DNA from: Podarcis filfolensis
Lineage: Eukaryota
Length of the DNA stretch: 64,000 nt
Strand: one strand, 5' to 3'
NCBI GenBank assembly: GCA_964270895.1
Contig: OZ185450.1
Positions 48,346 through 60,400 of this stretch are shown here, piece after piece. Below the pieces are notes generated by a model that saw only the letters and a list, made by a program, of their open reading frames with translations, was not told where the DNA came from and did no database searches. The first letter of the stretch is position 1, and every line of letters starts with the position of its first letter. The translations under genes were made by a program, and so were the position numbers.

Positions 48346-51300
48346 GCTGTGGCAAAACTAACCAGGTTCCATAGTACTCACACATATGCAGGGCTGCGTA
48401 GAAACTAAAAAAGAAAATCACATTTGTTTTGGGAAGAAGCACAGAACTGATAACCGGATGGCAGGGGCCAAAGATGAGAATCACTATTATCTGCCTGGTT
48501 TGTGAACTTGGGGGTGGGTGGAGAACTAGCTGGTCAGTGTTAGAATGCTGAACCAGACTGACCTTTGGTGTGATCCACTACAGCAATACTTATGCTCTTA
48601 TTGTTCACAAATGGAGAGGAAATAATTTATTCAATATAAGGTTGCAGAACCCATAGACACATTCTTGAGCAGAGCAAGCACTATCAAATTAAAAATACTG
48701 ACTACTGCAGAAGGAAAATGTCTGCTGGAAACATATTCCATATTTTTTTCATAAACACGGCGCTCACGACAAATTAAAGTCATTAAGATTTGATTTCCAT
48801 CTCAGCAATTATCAGCATATTCTTTTTAACATTTACTTTAAGACAATCCTATCTTTCAATTCATTAAGCTCATTCTCGCATTTACGAAGTTCTATATCAA
48901 ATCAAAATCCTATTTGAATTAATAAGAATTATGGGGAAAAGTAATTTAGAAATAAATGATCTGAGGTTCAAACCACTGAAGCTTTTGATTATGAAATACT
49001 GTACGGTTAAAACTAACCAAAGGATTTCTGCAGGACCCTCGCAATGAAAGATGTGGATCACCAATGTGATGGCACATGTCAGGATGCAGGAGAGGTCTTC
49101 AGGTCCTCAAGCACATTAACGGTGTTCTCATTTAGCCCACAAAGGCAGAGCATTCTACCTTCATAGGTACACTGGGACACTGAATAGGAATTAAAAAGCC
49201 TTGCTTGCTTCCATGGAATCTGTTGTTCCCAGCCTGCACTCTAAGCATCAAATTAAAACCCGCAGCCACTTTGTCAGAATTAAAAATGATTAAATTGTAT
49301 TAGACAGATCTGAACCAGACAGCCAACATTATAGCCAACAGCACTCTCTTATGGGTGCTACTTGCTAAAGGAAAAATCAGCATTATTAAAAAGACAATGT
49401 AATCATGGTAAATAATATTGTCAACTGGGCTACATTTTCATTTGACTCTGTTAACATTTCACTTTACTGCAATATAGAAAAACCATACCTAACAGAAAAT
49501 TCAGTTTCATATCCCGAAGACTAGGTGTCAGGCACTGAGGGATAGGGACTGGGATATGGGTAGATAGGCCATGGGAACACTGCCCTTTTCACCACTTGCT
49601 TTGGGACCTGTAGCTAGCGGTGCAGTGAAGGAAGAGGAAGAGGGAGCTCTGGAATTCCTATTGTTCATGACAGATTAGGAGAGAGGATGCCAGAGTATGA
49701 GAAAAATAGCTTAGGAAAGACTAGATACTTCCCCTTCTTTTCTTTGGTGGTGGGGGCCCTACTTCAAATGGTATCACTCCTTTTGCAGGATTGCTGGGCT
49801 TTTTAGTTGAAAGGGGGAAATTGCATATCTGCTCACTGAAGATCTTTTGTTAAAGCTCAATCTGTTTTACAACTTGAATTTGTTCTGTGAATATTTTACT
49901 CTTCTATTGTCAGGTGAGCCTAATAAACTGGGTTTCATGCATGGTACTGCTGCTCTGTAAGAGGGGTATTGCATGTTTGCTGTATATAGATCAACACAGC
50001 TGTTTGGATTTTGGGGCTCACCTTAGAGGAATGGCTAAGGTGGACATCATAATGAGCTCCTGCACTTCAGAATTTACCTACCTGCAGCAAATAAATTCTC
50101 AAGTAAATATTTGCTGGATCAGAGGAAACTCAAGGGACCTGAAGTCTAAAGGTAATTCCCAACACTTCACAGTTCCCAGATGCAGACTTGGCCTTCAGGT
50201 AAAATAGCTGGAACTGAGTGGATTCAGACAATAACACACAATAGCATTTCTAGCCATACTATGAACAATAATTCCACACAGCAGTCTGCTTGGCATGAAT
50301 TTTACCCACCCTTCTTTCTTAAAACCACAACCCCCAATCTTCTACTGACTCTTGTTAGTCCTCTATCCTCTCCCACTAGCAGACTATGCCATAAGGAAAC
50401 ATGCAAAGTCTTCTGCCCAAACCGGTGTCTTTGATGTAGTATTTAGGGTCTGTATTTGCTAAGCACATCAAAAGCATTCAAGGGAGAAGATTTCACACAT
50501 CCAGTCAAGGGTATGGGAGCAATTAGGGGGGAGAGCTGGCAATAAACAAGTAAAATCAGTGTGTCAGAAAGAGTCTAATTAACCAACACAGAATTCTGTA
50601 CCAGCATTTTCTAGGTTCTGCTATCCAGCTTAGTAAACCATTTTGATTGCCAGCTAAATGTTTCTCTCGACTCTTATCTCTCAGCCTAATGATTCAGGAA
50701 CAGAAGAGCCTGCCTTATACTGAATAATGCCATTGGGTCACCTAGCTCCATATCTGACCAGCAGCAACTCGCCAGAGTTCCAGAGCACTGGGACTTTTTG
50801 CATACAAAGGAGCTGTAACATTGAACCAAAGCCTTTTAGGTGGGCTTTAGTCCATACCTGCAACATCTAACCTGACCTAGAGAGTAAATGTGGGCAAAAG
50901 AGGAAGAGAAGAAATGGGAACATGAAATGTCTTGGTGTCTCTAGAGAATTATAACAAACTTGTAAGAGAAGCAAATTTGGGAAGAGAACTGAAACGTTTC
51001 TGATTGATATTCATGATGCACAGATTTTTCCTCAATTAAAGTTAATTACCCACAAATGGAACACATAATAATCTGTGTGCTTTCTTCTTTTTTATTATTA
51101 ATCTGCTATTGTGATGTTTAATGTTAAGTTAGAATCCTATCTTGCAAGCTTAGATACCCACTATATAGGCTTTCTGATTAGTTTTAAATTCCAAAAGCTT
51201 TTTAACTATGCAGTTTAAATATGTAAGCCACATAATAGACCATAATGGCTCCTTTGGAATCATTAGAACACATAGTAAATACGATGCAGCATGACAATAG

Positions 51301-52659
51301 TTTAAATACACACTCAGATGATAGCTTTGTAACAAGTGGATACTTTGCATTCTATCGGCTAAATGGGCACTTACATATAGATCATAATAATATCTCCTTG
51401 ACAACAGTTAAGGTCTATTGTCTCAATTTATTGGCTCAGGAATCTTCTTGGTTGGGTATGGTGCTCAAAACAATGGGACAAAATAAGACAAAATAAGTGA
51501 TGTTAAAATAAACTCAGGAAGCTGCCAAATCTTGGAGATCTCAGCACTGAGTGGATGAAATACCACTCCTTATTCTTGCCTACAATACACACAAAATGCT
51601 GGGGGGAAACCAATGAGAGAGTCTCCTCTCAACACTTCTTAGGGCCTCCTACAACTTTTCATTTCAGGGGCAAATGCTGATGCTTGATGCTTCTTCAGTT
51701 GCTCATAATGAAAGCGAAATTTAACATGGTTTTTTTTTTCTAAATTCCCCTTTACGGTAGCATCGCCATAGCTGAACCATCCTAGCTAAAGCACCAACAA
51801 GGGGGTTTCAAAAGCATTTGGCTCCATCAATGGGAAAAATAATTTATATATGTCTGCCCAGCAAGTTATGGCACATCTGAGTGGTATGGAGAGTTTACAC
51901 CGATACAGACTGCTTCAAATCAACCATGACCCAAAATTCATAGTTTAGATTAAAATCTAAACCAGTTTGGGATAATCAGAGTGACAGGAAATCAAGGATT
52001 TTGTTATTATGCTTATGTGTTGCCCAAGAAGCTCAGAGAATATGAGAGCTCCAAGCAATCCCTCATTATTTTGGGAAGGGTCAAGATGGCAACAACAATG
52101 ACTACTTATTACTATGGTTAAATTTATTACCTGCCCTGCACCAGAAGGTTCCAGCATGTATTGCAACAATATAAAAGACAGCAATAAAAACAGTTTAAAA
52201 CAAATTAAAATCACAACTGCTTAGCTTTAGAGAGCAATCTACTTTCAGACCATTCACAACATCAAATTCTAGAAACCAGAACGACATCTTATCAAAAGTA
52301 GAACAGAGCTGTTTATCTATTCACCTCTGTTTTACATACAGAAGGTGCCAGACTCGGTCCTTGGCATAGACACAAAGGATCTCAGACATAGCTAAGAGAG
52401 ATAGTCTTAAGATTTTGGATTGCTACCATCAATCAATAGCTGGCAACGCGGGCTGCACTCATGGCCCTGCCTCAATGCAAGACAAATGCACGACTTCTTT
52501 CCAATGTTTCTTTAAAAATGAGAACAATGGGTCCTCAAATACCTATTTGTTCAGCATAAAACTCCGTACTGTGGGAGATGTTTTAAAGGGAAACAGTTTC
52601 CCTGATATGCAATATACCTGGGTTTGCCTTTGAAGGCTTTGCAGACTACAGCTGGTTCC

Positions 52660-53135
52660 AAATACAGCTGGGTTACTGACTGTGACCAGGTGTATGAAAC
52701 ATATGCTCCCAGGAAGCACTGGCTTCTAGTTATTTTCTGGGTAAAATTCAAAGTGCTGGACTTCACCTTTAAATCTCAACATGGCTTGGGACTCATGTAA
52801 CTTAAAGGCAGCATTCTCCCCCCATGATCATACCTAGAAGTTAAGAATGAGACCCTGTGCATTCAGAGGTGAGGCGGGCAGCAACCTGAGCCAGGTGATG
52901 TCCTACCCAGAGAGAATCACTGGCACCCCATCTGATGTCTTTTCATCACTGGGCAACTCTTTATCTGCCCTAGCCTCTTTTTTTGGATCTTCTGGTTTTA
53001 GGTTCGTTGTTTCTTTCATGTCATGTTATGTTCTTCTGCTGTTTTAGTATATTGTTTTATTGTGTTTTAATGACTACTAGCTGCTCTGAGAGCCCTTGGG
53101 CCAAAGACTGGGGTACACATATGCTAAATAAATAA
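52660..53135 (+). mobile_element. L2-type LINE 3' end
   Basis: cactggcttctagttattttctgggtaaaattcaaagtgctggac (HWLP..IQFKVL-like), ending ctgctctgagagccc...ctaaataaataa. Confidence 0.65.
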
Positions 53136-54366
53136 GTCTATTTTGCTCCTGTGCCTTACATGCCAGCACACCCTGGGAAGATGGAATTTATTTGGCAGAT
53201 GGTTCATGTATTTAAGTCTATTTTATGCAATTTTACTGAGAGACGTTTCAGTTTCAGCAGTAAGAAGAAGATATTTTTAGAGCCAAGAAAAATGGCAAAG
53301 ACATGTTTAGATGCTTAATTAGTCCATCAAATGCTGAATTGTGAGGTATCGAACACTTCAGAAGTATCCGTTTTATGTACTTTGAGCTGCAAGAATCCCA
53401 TTCTAATCTAATCCCATTAGCTTCAGAAAAGAAGCCCTATGTATTCCAAAGCACTATTTGGTAAAACGATGCAGTTTATATTCCAGAAGCTCTAATCACT
53501 AAATGAAATAAATTAATGTAAATTACTGTCAAATGCAGTATAGCTGCTATGTTTTAAAAGGCCTGTGCACTTATCTTGCTTGGCATATTATGACTGAGAT
53601 GGGTTGTGAACTTAAATAGTTGGAGAAACTAAAGGTTTTGTTTATATAGCAGAACTAAAAATAGAGCCTCAAGTGATTTACAACCCTTCTTTATTGGCTG
53701 CTGGGAGACCAATGGCTTTTGATGCACCTGAACTGATCCTCAAACTCCATGGCTCCCGTTTCTCTTGAATAGTTCTGCAGGCTCTCAAATCATGGGATAA
53801 ATCAATGGCAAGTTTGAGGGTAGCTTGCAAAGCTATTACCAGTGGATAATGTGACAATGCACTGCTGGGGAGACTTCATGTAGCAAATGCATTTACCTAT
53901 TCATCTATTGTTTTATATAATGCCTTTATTCAAAATCAGAATTATAGGCATGGCTATATAAAGTTAGAGGGGTGGAAAATCTTCGACCACCAAAATGTCC
54001 ACAGGGTAATGAGAGCAGAAGGAAAGTAGGAGTTACATGAACCACCTCAGTACTCCTTTTTCTATGCATGGTTTCAACATTTTGTACTGCCTTCCTCTCC
54101 TAGCATCCCCAAATACTGCAGAAATGGAAAAGGAGTATACACATCTGCAATTGTGGTATGTTGTTGTTGTTGTTGAAATATGAATCAATGAGACAGGCTT
54201 TTATAAATACAGCCAGGAAGTGTTGAAGCAATTGCAAAAGTTTTGTTTTCTAAGTTTTATGAGAGGTTACAGCAGTTAAAGACACTGGACTTAACAATTA
54301 AGAGTAGTGATAGCAATTGTGGGAGGGAAGCTACCTCAGGATGACTGAGGAGAAGATCTCTTAGGC

Positions 54367-54867
54367 CAGAGGTTTTCAACCTTTTTGGGTCCACGACTCC
54401 CTTGACCAACTTCATTCTTTCAGTGGTACCCCTGTGGAGCTCAGGAGCCCAGTTATGTCCCCCCTTGCCTGAAGAGCTCACAGCCTCTCAACATTATTCA
54501 AACACCCTCCCTTGTGGAGCGTTCCCTCAGCCTCCTCTCCTCTCCTTGAGAGTCCTCTGGGCAGCCACAGCTGCCATCCCTGGTCTCAGAGCTGCCCCCC
54601 TCCACCCAAAGAGAGGTGTCTCCTCACACAGCTCCACAGGGGCCTGGGAAACACCCCCTGGCAAGACCCAGAGGCACCATTCACCTGGGGAGCTTAGCCA
54701 GGGCTGCTGCAACTAACAGCTGTGCAAGCCCTTAGGAGGCAGAGACGTGAGAAGGCATCAGAGGAGGGAGGGAAGGAAAGAAGGACAGAGGCCAGTGTTG
54801 CACGCGGCACCCCTGACCATCATTCAAGGCACCCCAGGGCTCACGGGACACTGGTTGAAAACCACTG
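54367..54867. mobile_element. hAT (MER5/MER20-like ends) non-autonomous element, 501 bp
   Basis: TIR cagaggttttcaacc / ggttgaaaaccactg; perfect 8-bp TSD TCTTAGGC at 54359-54366 and 54868-54875. Confidence 0.87.
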
Positions 54868-56454
54868 TCTTAGGCACTCATCATCCAGAATTACTAAAAG
54901 CAATGTAACCATTCTTGCTTTCAGTTCCTCTTCTAACCAAACATTCCTCCTTCCCAATACAATTATAAAACAAAGAAACACCTTTGAGGTTTTTGCAAAA
55001 TGCAGATATACCACTCACACTCATCCATGGTAAAAGAAAGGGGAAACAACTCCTGGAAATTATCGAATCCCAGCTCATAAATCAATCAGTTCTTCTCCTT
55101 GTAACAGAGAGGAATCCATATTTCTGTGTGTATGAAGACGTATTTTTACATTAAACATTTCAGCCCTTCGGGTCAAACTGAATGACCTGTTGCTTACACT
55201 AATAGGACTCCATGCAATGAAAATAACGTCTTACCCCAAAATGGAACGTCAGTGTTAGAAGAAAGCAACAAAACCTGGCTACACAACCCTTTCTTGGAGA
55301 TCTCACATTTGACCTTAGATGGGCAGCAATAAGAAAGAAAAAGCACGTGTCTCTCAAAGGAGTGCTCTTTCATTGTGCATGATAGTTTTTCATATACACA
55401 CCCAGTAGCCAATGATTATGTGCCAATTTGCTTATCGTGGTTGGGAAGAAAGTCCACAACAGTTAGTACTGATCACTAATGGGATCAGAATGACAGTAAT
55501 TTTACTACTAAGTTATAAGCTCTATTTAGTCCTCCAAGTATTCACACACAACCAGTGAAAAGCTACTTCAAGTTCAAGTTTCCACCACTTTCTTTCCCCA
55601 AATATTCATGCATATGTTTATATGTTTAAACTAGAGGCTCTAACTTTTTAAACCTCCCTTGAATCTTTGTAATTCCATGGTCTCTCTAGTGCCAAAATAC
55701 AGCAATCAACTCAAGTAGTGTTTCCTTTGCAGCCTTTATTCATGAGCTGATCAAATGGGACGGATCCAATAGACTGGATAGAGGAAAGAGTGAGGGGAAA
55801 GAAAGCATTGCTTCCAAAGCAGAATAAGGCCAGCACCATTTTACTCTTGTGAGTTTTGTTTAATACTATCACTACAAGATGCTGGAACATTCCACATCTG
55901 GATGGAAAATTGTCAGACACTTTTAAAAAGATGCTCAATTAGAAAAAAAAATGCTAGAAACTTTTGAGAAGAATGGACAATGTATGTTAATTGTGCTGAC
56001 AATGTAAGACATTTACTTTCAATGGAGTTAATTTAGTGACATCTGTTCATGGCCAAGAGAATAAAAGGGACTATTTAAGATGAGGCTGTCAGCAAGAAAA
56101 CATCAACACTGGGTGGCTTCGATTAGCCTCTTCCGGCCAAAATCATTGCAATATACTAAGAAAAGGGGAACAAACACGCCTTGCACATGGCAGCAGCCTT
56201 TTCAAACACGCAGCAGTAAGAATACGAAGAAAGACAGGATGTTTCTGGAATCAAAATGCTGTGCTGGTCTTCCAAGTTCTGCAAGGCAATTAACCCCAAT
56301 ATTTTCAGCATACACTCACAAACTGTATATAATCTATATGGGTTGCCTTTACACAAGATGGTACTTTTGTCAGCACAGAAAGGAGGAGGAGGCACAAGGC
56401 TGGATAAAAAGGGTTGGGGACTGAGGGCCAGGAGGAAAGTCCAAAATACTTGTT

Positions 56455-56806
56455 TATAGAAAATATTTTTTATAATACCTTGAAATCACAAGGCAGCATA
56501 CAATAAACAATATGCCACAAAATGAAACAGCAGCATACACAAGCCAGCAGAGCAATAACATTAATTCAAAGCAACTGGCAATAGTTTCCAACAAAGGCTT
56601 GGGAAAATAAAGGATGGGAAATTTTAGCATGTGTTGGAATGACATAACTGCTGGCGCTTGCTGCAGTTCAGAGGGGAGGTGATTCCACTGAGAGGGTGCC
56701 ACAACAGAAAAGGTGCTCCTTTACGTAGCTCTGTCACAAACCACTTAGCGCTTTCCAGTGCAAAATTAAAACCTTCAGCCTGGCCCAGAATCATACTGGC
56801 AACCAG
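56455..56806 (-). mobile_element. L2-type LINE 3' fragment
   Basis: aggcttgggaaaataaagg...ggggaggtgattccactgagagggtgccacaacagaaaaggtg...ggcaaccag. Confidence 0.6.
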
Positions 56807-56808
56807 TA

Positions 56809-57049
56809 CAGTTGTACCTCGGGTTAAGTACTTAATTCTTTCTGGAGGTCCGTTCTTAACCTGAAACTGTTCTTAACCTGAAGACCACTTTAGCTAATGG
56901 GGCCTCCCGCTGCTGCCGCGCCGCCGGAGCACGATTTCCGTTCTCATCCGAAAGCAAAGTTCTTAACCTGTGGTACTATTTCTGGGTTAGCGGAGTCTGT
57001 AACCTGAAGCGCCTGTAACCTGACGCGTCTGTAACCCGAGGTACCACTG
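56809..57049. mobile_element. Tc1/mariner (Tigger-like) MITE, 241 bp, inserted at the end of an L2 fragment
   Basis: TIR cagttgtacctcgggtta / taacccgaggtaccactg; TA on both sides; internal taacctga repeats. Confidence 0.88.
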
Positions 57050-59233
57050 TATAGAGTTGTGTAGCAGCAGTATAAAATTTCCTCCCTTGAAAAGGAACCA
57101 CCCTCACTACCCTCATGACGAATGTGGCAGGAAGCGAGGGGACTCAAAGTCTTTGTAGGCAGCAGAGGAAGGCCACTGCACCCATGACCACCATGTTGGT
57201 GACCCCTGATTTAAGAGGTGCAACATGTGCCTCAATTGGTCCTCCCACCCTCATTTCATCCGAGCCTGAGAACCAAGCAGTACAAAAACAGACAGTGAGA
57301 GCCAAGAACCACTCATAAAAACAACATTTGGTAACCCACAGTTTGTCGTGACATTTGAGCTCCTGAGATGGTTTTGGAAACTGTGTCAAACATGGCTTTT
57401 GTGTCTGCCTCAAGTGTTGCAAATCTTTGCACCACTGCCCAGTGCCTTGCAGATATTTGAAAAAACATTTTAAAACTGGACATATGTGAAGTCAGAAGTG
57501 TTCGTCAAAGGGTAAAATATAGGGAAGGGACTACTAAACAATGCAGAATGTATTTTATGAACCATAATAAATACACAGCAGCTACTTCAAGTGCAGACCA
57601 CTAAAGGCTCTCTGCATGTTAGCATTCAACATTCCCCTAATAAGCACTGGTAATAAAGTAGATGTGTTGGGGGAGGGGTGGGGTCTTCAATGTTTTCAGT
57701 GGAGTCAGAAAGGGCTGCATTCAGCTCAATGATTTTGCCTTCTGAAAGCAGCAAAACCCCAGCCTCAGATGTTTACCGTACCTGCTTCAAGGGCATTCAT
57801 TAGGACCGACAGCCTGCGTGACTGAAATTTGGCTGCAAGAGCAGTCTCTCTGCATCTCCCAATTCATTTCTCCTGCCAACGAGAGATGCTGAAAGCCTTC
57901 CAAATTGAAGCTTAGATCTGACATGATGAGCAGGAAGGATCTGTGTTGGAACACATCAGATACGCTCTTGGAGAGTGTGTCACCATCCATTGACATTACT
58001 AGAGAAGTGGGGGGAGGGGAGGAAAATAGGAAAGGGATACTCAACAAGCACTCACACTGTGTGTATGAGAGAGAGAGAACGAACACGCTCTGAGGGGGCA
58101 GAAAAGAATACATTTCGTTCATGAGACAGTTGTAAACAGATGATAATAATCATGCTGAATAATACTGCAAGGTGAAAATTACTCACACTTCTCATGAAGA
58201 AGCCGAGTGGGTCTGGATTATTATGTGAAGGGGCAATTTCTTACCTGAAAATTAGGTTTCTGTGACTCAGTCCTGCAAGTCTATTGTGATGGCTTACTCA
58301 TTCCATCAGCTGCCACTCAAAAATGCAGAAACTGTTAATAGGAAGGGCCAATTCTTGCAACTTTCTTTTCAGATGTGACCTCAAACTGTTAGCTAAACAC
58401 AGGCAATAAAATTGATGGCTGCAGAGCTCCCAAGGCCACAAGGCTCAAAGGAATGGCTGAGGAGGAGGAGGTGGTGGCTGCTAATCTGCACACCACCAGC
58501 CCCCCCTTCCTGCCACTTACCTCTCTTTCCAAGGCCCAGTCCATCAAGCCAGTTTTGAGCTCCCTGCTTTTGGCACACAGTGCTCTAGATTGCAAGAGGT
58601 TCTGTCCCCTTCGATAAACACTAAATAGCTCATAAAGTTTAGGTGCTGTTGCTTTGACTTTCATAAACTGAAATGTGCACAGTGCTTGCCCTCATCATCT
58701 ATTCAGTAAAGCAGCTGTTACTCCTACAGCTCCTGCAGGTGGAGAAAACATAGGCCACCGAGGCATGCAACCTGCTCAGGCCACCGTATAAGAGCACCTG
58801 CACAGGAACTGAGCTCAGCTTTCATAAACCTGAGCCCAGTACACTATCCACTTGGTTAATAGGGCAAAGATGGGGAACTGGCCTAGAGACTGGATCTGGG
58901 GCACTCGGGGTCAAACCTGACAATAAGTTAGCTACAAATTTTTGCCAGTAAGTGCAGGGTCTTGGTGGCACTGTTTCCCCCACCCACCCACTCATAAATC
59001 AACAGCACAGGGGACCCATATTGGGAATTTAAAATGGTAGGGAGAGAGACTTTAACCTATGGTTACCAGATTTTTTCAATGAATCCGGGGAAAGCTTAAA
59101 AAAATAAATACATGCTTTATTATACCTAATTACATCTATACATCAGCTGTTTTGCTGTCTGGAGAAGTCTGGAGGAGGAGACAAACCTGGGGGGTAGAGT
59201 TGGAAGCAGAGTTTGAGAATACGACTGTGGGAT

Positions 59234-59300
59234 GATCACAGAATCACAGATTTGGAAAGGACCTCTGAGGGGCATCTAGGCCAACTGACTGCAATGGAGG
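59234..59300 (-). mobile_element. Old CR1 3' end fragment inside the Blackjack-like element
   Basis: atcacagaatcacagatttggaaaggacctctgaggggcatctaggccaac is a degraded reverse complement of a CR1 terminus. Confidence 0.65.
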
Positions 59301-59644
59301 TACCTCAACTCAAGCAACCTCAACTTAAAAGAACATAAGGCTTCCCTGCTCCAATTTGACTTCTGCAGTTCCCCGCCATCGGGGACACGCTCTCGTTCAC
59401 GCTCTCTCCGCCGCTGCCCCAGTTGGCCAAGGGGATTGAAGTCATCTCACCCCTCCGTGCCTTGCCCAGCAGAGAAACCGTGCCCCTCCTGGGCAACTGC
59501 ATGCTGCCTGTCCATTACTCCCGAGCCTCCCCCAATCTCCTGCCCCCTTTCCCCTTTGTTTTGACAGATTGTGGGAGGCAGCAAACCTTATGTTTCAGTA
59601 GAGTGCATTGTGCCTAGGGTTGCCACCCGTCCCTAGAAAAACGT

Positions 59645-60400
59645 GAGGGGTGGGAAGATAAGTTTTTGTACAGGCAGAGGTGGGTGGGGGGATCAAAGAG
59701 TATGAAAGAAGGGCTTTGCACCTTGCCCGGCAGAGAAACCACGCGCCTTGCACCCCTCCTGGACAATGGCGTGCCACCTGTCCGTGACTCCCGAGCCTCC
59801 CCCAATCTCCTTCTCCCTTTCATTTGACAGATTGGGGGAGGCTCGGGAGTCGCGGGTGGGTGGCTGTTTCCCGGAAGGGGTGTGGTTTCTCTGCTGGGCA
59901 AGATGTAAAGCTCTTCTTTCGCACCCTGTGAAACTCTCAAAACAAAGGGGGAAGGGGGCAGGAAATCAGGGGAGGCTTGGGAGTCACGGGCGGACAGCGC
60001 GCCGTTGCCCATGAGGGGCGCAAGGTGTGAGGTTTCTCTGCCAGGCAAGGTGCCCATGACTCCCAAGCCTCCCCTGATCCCCTGCCCCCTTCCCCCTTTG
60101 TTTTGAGAGTTTCACAGGGTGCGAAAGAAGAGCTTTGCACCTTGCCCAGCAGAGAAACCACGCACCTTGTGCCTCTCCTGGGCAACAGCCGCCCACCTGC
60201 GATCTCTCAAAATGATGGGGGAAGGGGGCAGGAGATCAGGGGAGGCTCGGGAGTCACGGGCGGGTGGTGTGCCGTTGTCCAGGAGGGGCGCAAGGCGCAC
60301 GGTTTCTCTGCCGGGGAAGGTACAAAGCCCTTCCTTCACACTCTTCGACCCCCCCCCCACCTCTGCCTCTGCATGCACAAAATCTATATTCCCACCCCTC
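59645..60400. repeat. Nested imperfect palindrome (~345-bp arms, ~70-bp loop centred near 60022) built from a ~130-bp unit
   Basis: 59645-59802 is the reverse complement of ~60239-60400, and 59880-59986 is a near-perfect reverse complement of 60057-60161. A local hairpin lies at ~59783-59852. Confidence 0.9.
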
